Assembly: GCF_001447785.1 (NCBI RefSeq)
Contig: NW_015167100.1
Coordinates: forward strand, 62,001-126,000
Reading direction: 5' to 3'
Origin: Gekko japonicus
Taxonomy: Eukaryota
DNA length: 64,000 nt
In this document: positions 14,624 through 27,443 of the stretch, in pieces
How positions within the stretch are numbered: the stretch's first letter is position 1
Layout of the letters: every line of letters starts with the position of its first letter
The notes under the pieces: generated by a model
The model's input: only the letters and a program-made list of their open reading frames with translations
The model's database searches: none
What the model was told of the DNA's origin: nothing
Position numbers and translations under genes: made by a program

Positions 14624-15406
14624 CGGGCCGGAAAATGCGGGGGGGGGGGGGGGGGTGGTGGTTTTTTCCCAAGAAATAATGCACGGTTGCATGATCAGAC
14701 GTTCCTTCGAGGTCCTGTAAAGGTCCTGTGGTTAGGGGGCAGGTGCTAATCACACGATGATCCTGCAGCGTGGCAAAAAAGCGGTGTGGCGCGATCACAC
14801 CAGCAATTGCTAGGCGCTGCTTCCATCGCAAATGGGATGGATTTTTTTTAAAAACTGAAGTTTGTGCATATGCATGAATGAGCAATCGTATCTGCACATC
14901 CAAAGGTGGGTAGTGGGCTTACCGGAGAGGGCGACAAATGCTTCCGGACCCCAACAGAGCTCTGAGGCATAGCCAATGGAGGGGGAGGTGGGCCCCCTCG
15001 TCACAGCTACTCTAACCGCCTGCGACAGTGGCCATAGCGACCCTCCAGAGGCGGCAAACCTGGCTGCAGTGGGAGGGGGCCTCTTTGTGCGCATGCACCA
15101 TTGGGCACTTGTGCGCATCCTGTGGAGACTTGGGGGGGGGGGAAACCTGTTCCCGACGGAACATGGGTGGGCACCAGATGCCACAGGATTCCACCGGAAA
15201 TGCGATCAGGCACCTGCCCTTGCCCCGCGGGTTCTGGAAACTAGTACCTCGGAGGTACTAGTTTTTTTACCCCGCATCTTTGGCGGGAAGCCTCGGGTTC
15301 AGCACGGGAGTTCTACGCTTCCCAGATGTGGTGGTGTGATCGCGCCCAGAAAATCCACCTATCTTCCATCTCTGAAGCGTAGCTAATGTTCCGTGTGACC
15401 GCAGCC
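14624..15406. mobile_element. GC-rich palindromic MITE remnant (PIF/Harbinger-like right end)
   Basis: Internal inverted segments (ggcgcgatcacacca / tggtgtgatcgcgcc; gcaggtgc / gcacctgc) and right end ccgtgtgaccgcagcc; left TIR not identified. Confidence 0.4.
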
Positions 15407-15967
15407 ATAGTATGTGGCTGACCTCTGTTGCCAGAGAAAACTCTTCAGCCAAGCAAAGACATCTGTAATCAATTCAGGAATAGGCTGCTCACCTTTCAGC
15501 CCTGAACCATTATGGAGACTCCACTGACTCTATAAATAAAGATACATGACCCTGAGAACAAGATAACCTCCCTTCAATAACCTCAGAACTAAAAGGGAAA
15601 GATGCTTGAACCCCACATGGGTCAGGGCACTCTAAGAAAACCCAGTGCTGCATCTTCAGAGTTTCATGCATGTGGAACAGGTTTATGTCACTGATATACC
15701 AGTATCAATTATCCATCACCCCAATCTGCAATGCACAGGGTTGAATTAAGTAATTCCTATATTAAAGCATGACAGCATTCTCTCAGCCTAATTATTTTAA
15801 TGGTATTTATTATTATCATTGTAAATACACATCTGGAACTCCGTAGGGCAAAACCATGGCAAACACAGTTGGCAAGGACTGGTAGCCTCCTGAGGCTGCT
15901 GCTTCGGGGCTTTAATATATGCATCTGTGATGGATTGCACAAAAAAGCAGGTTTTTAAAATGCTGCT

Positions 15968-17040
15968 TGTGTCAGAGAGTCAGAGAGGTTATGAGTTAAT
16001 CTTCCCTGGAGAGAAGAGATTATATGACTGGCTGCTCTACTTGCTCTCTGATTGGCCAGCATCAGCTTAGAGAGGGAATAAAACAGCTGATCTGGAAGGG
16101 AAAGATTCATTCACCTTTTGAATCACTCTTGGTTTTGGACTGAAATCTAACTTCTGGATCAGTAGCCAGAAAGTTTGGCTTCTGTGGGAAGAGACTTTGG
16201 GAGTCAGTGATTTCTGTCATGGAATTGTCAGAAAAGTACCTCTATAGAGAGACGAATATGAACTCCATTGTCTAAGATATATTAAAACTGCTCTGAGGGA
16301 GAAGTCAGATTCTCAGTCAAGAAAGCTACAACACTGCTTTATAGAGACATATAGACTAGTGGAAGAAAAATTCGGCAAGAAGTTTGAGAAGTTAGAGAGA
16401 ACTCCCAGACAAGTCAAATAGGAAAAGGAGGTACTGCTTCTTAGGGACAAGAAGAATAATTTCTAGCCAGTAGGAAGGGGTTGAGAAGAGAACCCTGGTC
16501 TGTGATAGAAGGGAAGAGCTTAGACACCACAAGAGTTACTGGGAAGCTATAGTATCTAAAGGGAAAACCTAGATTTCTGAAGGGAGAAACCTAGAAGCAC
16601 TAAGACAAAGCTGTTCTCTAAGAAACCGCGTTTAAGATTCTGTGTAACAGCTGAAATATATAATAAGCAACAACACTCTCTTTTATGTTCAAAAACCTCA
16701 ATTCTGTATATATTAGAAAGTTTTACCTCAGCAGCCTCTATACTTTGAATCCTCATATTTCTATATTCCCTGCCTTTTTATTAAAATCTTTATTCTGTTT
16801 TGAAAGTTAATTTTGCCTCATGTGCCATTATTTTAAAACAAGACCGCTCCTGTATTCCCTATAGTTCCTGTGCTGGATCATAAGCCTAAACTAATATCTG
16901 TGACAGGGTGGGACATTTCAAGCACATAAAATAATGAAGAAATATACGCTACTGAAAGGTGGCTCAGTCACTGAGGGGAATGAAGTTTTGGCAGGAAAAA
17001 TCTGCCTGGGAGTTAGGAAGCAACAGGGGTCTGTCATAGC
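15968..17040 (+). mobile_element. Probable LTR-like repeat, related to 38210-40052
   Basis: Shares motifs with the intron-1 copy: ggctgctc..tctgattgg..agcatcagct, gacagggtgggaca, aaaatct.gcct; no TSD confirmed. Confidence 0.35.
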
Positions 17041-17708
17041 ATCTATACACAGATCTCAAATGCCTGTCTAAACCAATGTTTCAGCAGTTCCACAGTCTCA
17101 TGCACAACCTCAGAAAACCTCATTGATGATGAAGCAAGGGCATAATTGCTTGATTCCTACTTTTCTTCAGTCTTCTCTTCCTAGGGAAGTGGTGCTCAAT
17201 GTGGCAAAAACAGAACACATGATGAGGGAAGGGAGTTGCAGCCTAGGATCCACATAAGGGTAGTACACAAAATGAAATGAAGTCCTTGAGGCCAAAGGAG
17301 CTGCATCCAAAAGTACTAAAAGAACTCACAGATGTAATTTCTGAGCCACTGTCCATTATTTTCAAGAATTCTTGGAGTACAGGTGAGGTGCCAGAAGATT
17401 GGAGGGTAGCAAATGTTGTCCCCGTGTTCAAGAAGAGGGAAAAGGAGGATCTGGGTAACTATGGACTCATCAGCTTGATGTCTATACCTGGAAAACTTTT
17501 AGAACAAATCATCAGTCAGTCAGCCCTTGAGCACTTGTGATTACTAAGAGCCAGCCTGGGTTTCTCAAGAACAAGTAATGTCAGATTAACCTTATATCTC
17601 TCTCTTTCTTTTAGAAAGTTACAACCTTGCTGAATCAGGGGAATGCTGTAGACATAGTTTAACTTGATTTCAGTAAGGTTTTTGATAAGGTTCCAGATGA
17701 CATTCTTA

Positions 17709-19160
17709 TTTATTTATTTATATTTATACCCTGCCCACCCTGTGAACAGGCTCTGGGCAGCTTACAAGAGACAGCCGACAGGCCAATACAAATAAAACAA
17801 TAACTATATTAAAATCCCTTAAAAACAATCTTAACAATAAAGTGCTCACTACAGCAGAGTAACCTTAAGATGAATGGCGTTGTATCTGTATTCCTTCAGA
17901 TCTTAAAATCAGTCCCATGGTCCAGATGTTCGCCAGTGAGGCTCAGAGCGGGCCAGTCCGATATTCCGGATTGATGTTAACTGTGGTGACGGCTCCTATT
18001 TGAAAGCCTGGCAGAAGAGCTCCGCCTTGCAGGCCCTACGGAACTGTGAGAGGTCCCGCAGGGCCCTGATCTTGTCCAGGAGCTCGTTCCACCAGTAAGG
18101 AGCCGCCACCAAAAATGCCCTGGCCCTGGTAACGGCAAGTCTCACCTCCTTGGGGCCCGGGATAGATAGACATTGTTGGGCCCCAGACCGTAGTGCTCTC
18201 TGGGGCACAAATGGGGAAAGGCGGTCCCTCAGGTAAGCCAGACCCTGGTAACTAAACACCAAGGCGCACGGAATGCTGTTACCTTCCCACCGAAGTAGTA
18301 ACTATTTATCTACTTGCAATTTCTTGCTTTCAAACTGCTAGGTTGGCAGGAGCTGGAACAAGAGACAGGAGCTCACTCTGTCATGCGGCAACTCGGGTCT
18401 CAAACTGCTGAACTACTGACCTTCCACAGCCTGCAGTTCAGCGTCTTAACCACTTGAGCCACCGCAGCTCCAGAGCACATCCAGTCTGCGCTTAGGCTGC
18501 TGCACTGGCTGCCAATTGCTTACTGGATTTGCTTCAAGGTGCTTGTGCTTACCGATGCTGGAGGCCCATCAACAGCCTGGCCACGGCATTCTGCACCAGC
18601 TGCAGCTTCCGGATTTGGGACAAGGGCAGCCCCATGTAGAGAGCATTACAGTAATCCAATCTCGAGGTGACCATCGCATGGATCACCGTAGCCAGGTTGC
18701 AGCGGTCGAGGAAGGGAACCAACTGCCGAACCAGCCGAAGGTGGTAAAAGGCTGATTTTGCAGTGGCCACTACCTGGGCCTCCATCACCAGAAGGGGATC
18801 CAGGTGCACTCCTAACCTCCGGCGCTGGCACTAATAGCACCCCATTGAAGGTCGGGAGCAGAAGCCCCAACCCCTTACCATCACGACTTAGGCATAGGAC
18901 CTCCATCTTCGCCGGATTCTGCTTCAACTGGCTCAGCCTAAGCCAACCAGCCACAGCCTGCAACGCCCGGTCCAGATCTTCTGGTCTGGAGTCTGACCAG
19001 ACGCCCAACATTAGGTAGAGTTGGGTGTCATCAGCGTACTGATGACAACCCAACCCAAACCTCCTAGCCACCTGGGCAAGGGGGCGTATATAGATGTTAA
19101 ACAACATTGGGGAAAGTGCGAGCAGCTGGTGATCGACCATGTCAAATGCAGCTGACAAAT
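17709..19160 (-). mobile_element. L2 LINE 3' portion nested in CR1
   Basis: AAFDMVDH..LSPMLFNIY..HQYADDTQLY (18646-19158), SRLDYCNALYMGLP (18549-18809), RAFLVAAPYWWNEL (17996-18262) and (TTTA)n tail at ~17709. Confidence 0.85.
18250..18468 (-). mobile_element. Sauria SINE nested in L2
   Basis: gttaccttcccaccgaagtagtaactatttatctacttgc...actgctaggttggcaggagctgg matches the Sauria SINE body as recalled. Confidence 0.75.
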
Positions 19161-19345
19161 TGTTGACAAATTGGAAAAATGTGGCTTGTTTCCTATGACT
19201 GTTAGGTGGATCTGTAACACTGACAGATCACACCCAAAGAGTGCTTGTTAATGGTTCCTCATCCTGTTGGAGAGGAGTGACAAATAGAGCACCTCAAGGA
19301 TCTGTCCTGGGACCTGTTTTGTTCAACACCTTTATAAATGATCTG

Positions 19346-19962
19346 TGCCTTGGCTAGTAGGCACAACAGGCACCTGAGTACAGAGACAGTGCCAAAGCAG
19401 TCCAGAAAGTAAGGTCAAAGCCAGTCCAAGGATCAGTAATTTATTAGGTGCAGACAGGTCCAAGAAGCAGAATCCAAAGGCAGTCCAAATAGCAAAGTCC
19501 AAGGTCAGTCTGTAAATCACAGGGAGCATGGCAATGCGAGAGGCATGATCGCTGGTTTCACAGATATGTGACTCATTGTTTCCACAGCTGGAAAGGCATG
19601 TCAGCTTGGTTTAAGTAAGCCTCTCACAATGAGCTGAATTAAGCAAGGCAAGGTCCTGCAATCACTCAGGACTGCTATCAGCCAAACACCTGCATTAGGC
19701 CAAGAGACGTGCACTGCATCTTCGCTCTGTAAGTTGCTGGAGAGATTGCTCCAGGTGTTGGTCTGCTAATGAGGGGGAATCTGAGGAGTCTTCATCATCT
19801 GCTCAAGTAATCTGTCTGGAGGAGTCAGCTTCAGCTGTCAGCATTGAATCATGGAGCTCCTGGCTTTCCTCAACTCCTCCTTGTGAGCTGGACCCAGGCT
19901 CTGTGACACTTGAGGAGTCTTCCTCCAGGCTGAGTTCTGACTGGTCAAGCTAGCCCATGACA
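19346..19962 (-). mobile_element. Solo LTR inserted in CR1
   Basis: TG...CA ends with 5-bp TSD ATCTG (19341-19345 / 19963-19967); the CR1 sequence resumes after it; AATAAA on the minus strand near 19440. Confidence 0.75.
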
Positions 19963-22539
19963 ATCTGGATGAAGGAAATGCTTATTAAATTTGCAGATGA
20001 TACTAAATTGGGAGGGGTAGCAAATATGGTAGAAGACAGAGTCAGAATACAGGATGATCTTGAAGCTGGAAAACTGGGCTAAAAAACCAGAATCAGTTTC
20101 AATGGAGATAAATGTAAAGTTCTACATTTAGGTAGGAAAGATCAAATGCATAATTATACGATGGGGGAGACTTGTCTTGGCAGTAGTATGTGCAAAAAGG
20201 ATCTAGGGGTCTTAGTAGACCATACACTGAACATGAATCAGCAGTGTGATGCGGTAGCTAAAAAGGCAAATGTGATTTTGGGCTGTATCAACAGAAGTAT
20301 AGTGTCCAGATCACACGAAGTGATGGTTTTGCTTTATTCTGCTCTGCTTAGATCTCCCCTAGAGTATTGTGTTCAGTTTGGGGTACCACAATTTAAGAAG
20401 GCTATAGACAAGCTGGAAGGTGTCCAGAGGAGCGCAATGAAGATGGTGAGGGGTCCAGAGACTAAGTCCTATGAGGAAAGGTTGAAGGAGCTGGGTATGT
20501 TTAGCCTGGAGAGGAGACTATTGAGAGATGATATGATAACCACCTTCAAGTACTTGAAAGACTGTTCATATAGAGGATGGTGTGGAGTTGTTTTCTGTTG
20601 CCCCAGAAGGTCGGACCAGAACCAACAGGTTGAAATTAAATCAAAAGAGTTTTTGGCTAAACATTAGGAAGAACTTCCTGACAGTTAGAGTGGTTCCTCA
20701 GTGGAACAGGCTTCCTCAGGAGATGGTGGGCTCTCCTTCTTTGGCAGTTTTTAAATAGAGGCTAGATGGCCATCTGACAGCAATGCTGATTGTGTGAACT
20801 TAGGCAGATCCTGAGAGGGAGGGTTGCATCAGTGCTTAGTTCTTGTGGCCCTTTCTTACACACCCAGGGAAAGGCTGATCTCCACTTTGGGGTTAGGAAG
20901 TAATTCTTCTCCAGTCCACTTTGGCCGGGGATCCTGGAGGTTTTTTGTTTATCTTCTGAGCATGGAACAGGGGTTACTGGGAATGGGGGGTATTTGTAAA
21001 TTTCCTGAATTTTGCAGGGGGTTGGACTAGATAACGCTGGGGGTCCCTTTTGATTCTATGATTTTATGATTCTAGGAGAGACCAACCATGTAATCAAGCC
21101 CTGCCTAGAAAAAGGAGCAACTTGGAAGGCAGTTGCAGTTGAGACTGGGCTTCAAAATACTTCTTAGTTGAAGGGGTAGAGGGGAGGAGCAGGTCAGGGG
21201 AGGGGACTGGAACAGTGGACCTGCGGCAGGCCAAGAAGGCTGAAGTATCCCTGCTCAGCCAGTGTGGAAGAGCAGAGAGTATGGAAAGGAGAAGGAATAA
21301 GGTGGTGCAACCCCCTCCCCAATCTAAGGCCTTGTGGCGCCTCCACAACAGGGAAGGTCATGGCAGAGCAAGGGCAACAAGGCCTAGGCCAGGGGGAGTG
21401 GCACACCAAGATTCTAAACACTACACAGTAGTAGCCTTATACTGATAGCATAATAATTTGTAGCATATTGTATTTCTGTGAATAGCTGCTTAGGTTCCAA
21501 GTTCTTTCAAATGTTTGTTTTCAATACCAAAAACTGAATTGTAGCCACAGAAATAATTATGGACAAATTTCAGCCTGAAAAATGATTGCATTTATAATGG
21601 ATTTATAATGGAAGTGCAGACACTACTCTGCCCATGCCCGAGCAAGCTGTGCTGTTAGAATATTTATTATACTCATTTTGTAGTTATGTCACTGGCAGCC
21701 CCATTTTTAAAAGAAAGTGAGCTTTTCTAGCCAGTTTAATATATGAGGTACCTATCATTTCAAAGCACTATAGCTCTGCAGGCTCATTTTACCCAAACGG
21801 ACAGTTCTGGAACAATAATGGAAGCTCTACGAATAGCACTGAAATAAGTTGTTCTGCAAATGAAAGTAACTCTTTTTGTTAATGAAAACTGTCAATTATT
21901 TTGATCTCCATTCATTTCCCCCGTTAAAAGCATTTCCAAGGATCAGGGACCTCATCCTGAAACCCTGAAGTATGAGCAACCAGCATTAAGTGGATGATCA
22001 CAAACAGCTTCTGTACCCCAACAGGTAACTAGAACTGCCATAGTAATGGTTCTGGTTTTGCAAGAAGCCCTACATGTATAGCCCTTGGAGCTAAAAGCTG
22101 AAAGGGCATTTTTGTGCACATTATTTACTGCATTTTCATACTGCCCTTCCTCCAAGGAACTCAAGGTTGACTACATGATTTTCTCCTCCTCCATTTTATC
22201 CTCACAGTAACTGTTTAAGATAGGTTAACCTAAGAGAGGAAGACTGGGGGAGCTGCCACCAAGCCCTGATAGATTGGACAGGTAGTGCATTATTGGATTC
22301 ATGGAGATAAATGACTGCTTCAGCAGACCAGTTTCTTTTTTGTTGCTTAGAATCTAATTTGTAATTCTTTACGCCTTTATTTTTAATAGTCTTGACTTTT
22401 ATCCAAGCCCTAAAAATGCATTTTGACATGCTAAAAAGACAGAACATTTCTTTAAAATCCTCTTTGTACCCTTAATAGCTGCAGTCCAGATAAACATATG
22501 CATCCAGATTAGATTACTGCAGTGCGCCCTACATGAACA

Positions 22540-22900
22540 GCCTTTGAGAAGAGTTTGGAAACCGCTAGGATGTTAACTGGAATGGGTCATAGGGACCATA
22601 TCACTCCAGTCTTGGCTCACCTACACTGGTTCCCAGTTTGTTTCTGGGAAAAATTCAAGGTGTTGATCTTGATCTTCAAAGCCTTATATGGTTTGGGACC
22701 AATATAAATGAAGGACTGTCTACTCCCTTATGAACCTGTCATTTTTAGAGGTGCCTCCTGAGATTACGAGGGTGGCAAGCAACCTGAGGCAAGGACTTCT
22801 CAATCATGCCACCAAAGTTGTAGAACTCTCTTCCCAGGGAGATTCATCTGTCCCCTTCTGTTGCTGTCTTCTACCAGTGGATGAAGACTTTTTTTGTTTC
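22540..22900 (+). mobile_element. Old L2 3' fragment
   Basis: Translates DHITPVLAHLHWFPVCFWEKFKVLILIFKA at ~22594. Confidence 0.7.
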
Positions 22901-23107
22901 ATTCAGCATTCCCTCGGTTATTCCTTCTTCCTAACCAATGTTTTAATTGCTGGTTTTTATGTTTTGTATGTATTTTAATTCTGTTTTTAATTGTTTACAT
23001 GATGGATGCTTGTGGGGCTGCTCTTAGTGGTTTCAAAACAAGATTTTTAAAATCATGTATGCTTTAAATTGTTAGCCATCTTCTAAGAGCAGAAAGACGG
23101 GTTACAA

Positions 23108-23108
<1 letters not shown>

Positions 23109-23162
<54 letters not shown>
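23109..23162. repeat. Compound (TG)n(TA)n microsatellite
   Basis: Directly visible. Confidence 0.95.
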
Positions 23163-23806
23163 ACAATGCTAATTAGGTGTAGGCATTTAGCCTCATTTAC
23201 ATGTCCTTTCTGTACCACCTAAACACAAACACCTTAGCAATTACAAGGTGCCTGTTGTGGGAAGAGGAAGGGAAGGATGTTGTAAGCGGCTTTGAGATTT
23301 CTTAAAAGGTAGAGAAAAGCAGGGTCTAAAAACCAACTCTTGTTCTTCTTTCTGTAGGAATTTGTGGGGAAAGTTCATCTCTTACCTCTTTACTGCATCT
23401 GATCTGGTTCTTTGGCAAACCTAACGTTTTTTAAAGTCCAAATTCCAGACCTAAATCTTGCTATATATGTGGTATATTCTTAAAAGACAAACCAGGCTGA
23501 TCTACTTCAAGCAGTCCACAAGCTCCCTATTTAGCTATCATCCCAGTCATTTATACAGGGCAGGGGATCAACATGATGGGAATAGTTTCTCCAGTTTGCA
23601 CAACACACAGGCTTTTGGATGGCCCCTGCTGGAAAGATCTGTCCCTGGCCTACATCGCCTGTAGGAGCGTGATCCTACCAACTAAAGCCTTCTTAGGGAA
23701 CCCCAGAGTTGAAGTGGTCTATAAGAAATTTTTCCTCACCTCTAACTCCAGGCTGCATCTGGTCCACACAATTCTGGCTTTTTCTTTCATGCCTATAAGA
23801 ACCCCC

Positions 23807-24088
23807 TTTGGTGTAGTAGTTAAGTGTGCGGACTCTAATCTGGGAGAACCGGGTTTGATTCCCCACTCTTCCACTTGCACCTGCTGATGTGACCTTGGGT
23901 CAGTCACAAGCTCTGGCACAGCTGTTCTTGAAAAAGAGCAGTCTCTGTCAGAGTTCTCTCAGCCCCACCCACCTCACAGGGTGTCTGTTGTGGGGAGGGG
24001 AAGGGAAAGGAGTTTGTAAGCCGCTCTGAGACTCCAAGTGAAGGGCGGGGTATAAATCCAATCTCTTCTCTTCTCTCTCTCTTTCTCT
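23807..24088 (+). mobile_element. tRNA-derived SINE (Squam3-like)
   Basis: A box tggtgtagtagttaag, B box ggtttgattccc, body ctcagccccacccacctcacagggtgtctgttgtgggg, CT-rich tail. Confidence 0.85.
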
Positions 24089-25124
24089 GTCCCCCAGAAT
24101 CTAAAAACTGATCTTTTTCTAAACACAAAGCCACAACCTGTTGCCTCTGCTGGGAGGTGGAGTCACCTCTTCCTGATCCGTGCTTCAACAGAGCCATTTC
24201 CTATGACTTAAGGTCCATTAAAAATTACCATTCTTTTGTCATAAGCCCTGGCTCAGCCCCCACTTCCACGTCACTTCAGGCTACACTTATTAGACAACCA
24301 ATCCTAGCTACAATGTTCCAGACTCACAACAACATTGTACTCAGTGTTCCACATGCTCCATGTTTCTCATTTTGATGATTCACTGTCTTTCACTGTATTG
24401 TGTTGGTCTTATTCTATTTTTATAGAATCCGTTTTCCTTAGATGCTTCCATTATTGAGTCCTTTTGTAAATTTTGTGATAAATTTTAACTGTACCCGGGG
24501 GGAAAAACCCATTCTAATAATTATATATAACTAACTAACTTGGTACAAGGCATTTTCTTTTTCAAAACAATCACACAGGTGATTCTTTTAAACAATTATA
24601 GTGATCAATTAATAACTAAATCCTAAATAGTGCATTTTGTAAGTGGGTAATCATCTGCTCCCAACTACTATACTTTACTCAAATATTCTATAAACAAATG
24701 TTCTCATATCAAGTACTCAAGAAAACTCTGCAGTTCAAACACATCGCACAACTTTATATCTGTTGGTTATAGACCTGCAGTGCACTAGTGAACTAATTTA
24801 ACTTAATGAAGCAATTTTGTTCCATTTCAAAGCAAAGTACAGAAAAGGGAACAATTTACTTTTAGAACTAAAAAGTATTTACATTAACACTATGCTATAA
24901 TGCAACACATACCTTTCACATTCATTTTCTTTTCATCTGCTTTTTCATTTTAAAAATATTCAGGAAAATCAATCTTACTGTGCAGACTGTATTCCTGTAC
25001 ACTACTGTTTAGATTATCCATTATAAGCAATTAGTTCCCTAAAAAGGTCAACAGATGCCCTTTTGTGACCATCTAACAAAGCCTAAGCTGTATTACATTA
25101 GACACTAGTGATACAGTTATAAAG

Positions 25125-25404
25125 ACAGCCAATCGGGGAACTGGCCTTGTCAGACGTTAAAACAAATTGGGCTCCAAGAGAACATTCCGAAAATGTGTGC
25201 TCCTCCTACGTTGTTCATTGGCCTGCCATTTCTTACATAAATGACTCGTATAAACAGTGATACGCAGTGTGAGATAACTGCTGGCAGCACTTCTTACTAA
25301 TTGTTATAAAAGGAAGAGCAGCTGAGAATTCAGATAGCTGTGTCTTGAAGTTCTTCACACAGAACAGTGATCTTCATCTCTGAAAACTTCTTTGCAAGGT
25401 AATG
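25125..25404 (+). promoter_or_regulatory. Candidate TATA promoter and non-coding first exon (possible distal TRPA1 promoter)
   Basis: agccaatc CCAAT box ~25126, AP-1-like atgactc ~25241, TATAAAA 25305-25311, Inr-like TCAGAT 25330, ATG-free ~67-nt exon ending AAG|GTAATG at 25398/25399. Confidence 0.4.
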
Positions 25405-27443
25405 AAATTACTGCTTTTCTACTGAGACAGTGAGATTGTCCATTGTTAACTTTTTAAAAGTATGTTTCTTCATATGTAATAGATCAACAACTGAAGAATA
25501 TTGTTGGTGTGTTTACAGATCTAAATTTGGTGTTATTCTTCAGGAAATCACTTCATCCCCCTAACTGAAAGCATAATATCACCAAGCTTTTAAAATTTCT
25601 GAGTATTTTGACAGTGTGGTGCCATATGTAAACCTTGTTTTACTCCTGAATATAGCTCAACCATCAACTTTTATCATACCCCTTATTGCTTTCATTGCTC
25701 CATATACACCTACCTGCTAGTGGCTCAATGTGTTTCTTTCTTCTGTGATGATCCCTGTGCTGGCAAAGACTGTGAAATTTCTACATATTAAGGATTTAAA
25801 TCTTTCTTCAGAATGTAGTTTTTCAACAGAGGTGTTTTAGAATACACAGATTATCTGCTACCAACTGTCTTTCTTCTATTCCTTTTTTCCTATTTGCTGC
25901 TTAAACTTTGTCTCCCCTTTCTCGTGTCTGAGTTAGTGTTGTCCTTTCTACACAGGAGCTATGTCACTTGGCACAGTTGGTTGAAGGTCAATAAATATCA
26001 ATTAACAATAAGTGAAATCTCATGTACTTTAATTTTGGAAGTATACCAATCAACTTTCTTTTCACATAAAAGTAAGATCGTTATACAACATTCTGTTTTA
26101 TCATTATAATGGCTGAATAATTTCCTCATGGAAACATTATCATTTAGTTATCATACAACATCATTATGATACAATTACTGAAAATTTTCTCATGCAAACA
26201 TTGGACAGGCTGAAGGGTACTGCTAATTCAGTATGAAAGGTAGACTTTCCTAATTATAACAGGTTAGCCCCAAATAACAGTGAGAGGAGCGTCACACACA
26301 AAAGATCTTTGTTACTTCCTTTTCTGCAGCCACCCCCACCTTAAAAACCACTGTAGAGTGGTGGGAAGATGCCAGGAATATTGGGGGGGGGGTAGTATAG
26401 GGACCATTGCTCAGATGGAAACATGTGAAAATGACAAATAGTTTTACACAGACTGGATTACAGTAGTCTTAGTGCTTTTTAAGAAAACTCATTCTGGGAA
26501 CTTTTCCCCATAGAGATAAGCAACTGAAAAGAAATAGAAATGTTGAAATATGTAAGCATAATTTATCAATTATGCACACTGTCCAGAGTTTTTTATATCC
26601 ATTAAACAGCAGATACTGTGGTTTAAAGCCAGTCTGTCATTGATTTTTCTAGGATTTAACACAGTTAACTGCAACTTGATTACATGGTGCATCCTATATT
26701 CATTATGACTATCAATATTTTCCACCCCTGGGCAACCATAAATATATTTTCACAAAGATTTTGTCAAGTAGGAGAAAAATTCTGAAAAAAACTTGAATGT
26801 TTTCACCTCTAATCATTCAGTACTTTGTGTTCTCTCTGAAGTTTTAACTTCATGCTTCTTTATTTTATCTTTGGGAAATGTTGTACACATTAACTCCAAA
26901 TATTTAAAACATCAAAATTATACAGAGTTGCTGTAAAAAGACTCACATACTTTTTTTAAAAAATATGTTTTTATTTTCAATATAAAAACCATATGTTGAC
27001 ATACAACTTGCATTATCATTACAATATTAAGGAATTCAAATATCACTAAACAAACAAACTCATTGAACATAATGATAACAACAATCCTATAATTACAAGA
27101 TCCATTCTTTAAAACTCACATACTTGAACAGATAAACCTGCCTTACACTAACCCTGTTTTTTAAGATACAGCTAATGAATGTTCACTTTACAAATGAAAC
27201 CAGGGACCAGTACCTGGATAAACATAGGGTTTAAATTACACACAGAGCTGTAAATGTGTTGAATACGAGAACTGCTCAACAAACACATGGGGGAAAATCC
27301 CAGGCAACATATGCATTCAATGTAACCTGAGGCCTTCTGCGTACAGAACAGATGGTATATCTGAGCTATGCCCCCTCCCTGGCACAGCCCTTCTCCAAAT
27401 TTTTGATCAGCTAGAGTATGGAGAATACAGTTTTGCATGTACT

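Larger units (their letters stand above)
17110..21075 (+). mobile_element. CR1 LINE ORF2/3' end, interrupted by L2, Sauria SINE and a solo LTR
   Basis: ORF 17277 (LHPKVLKEL...EVPEDWRVANVVPVFKK), KFADDTKL at ~19987, ORF 20146 (DLGVLVD...EYCVQF...YEERLKELGMFSLE); CR1-type tail gattctatgattttatgattct at ~21052-21073. Confidence 0.9.

Noticed and set aside
23807-23880. tRNA genes at SINE heads (also ~38840, ~45293, ~52690)
   Set aside because: A and B boxes are present but there is no full cloverleaf, and each continues into a SINE body.
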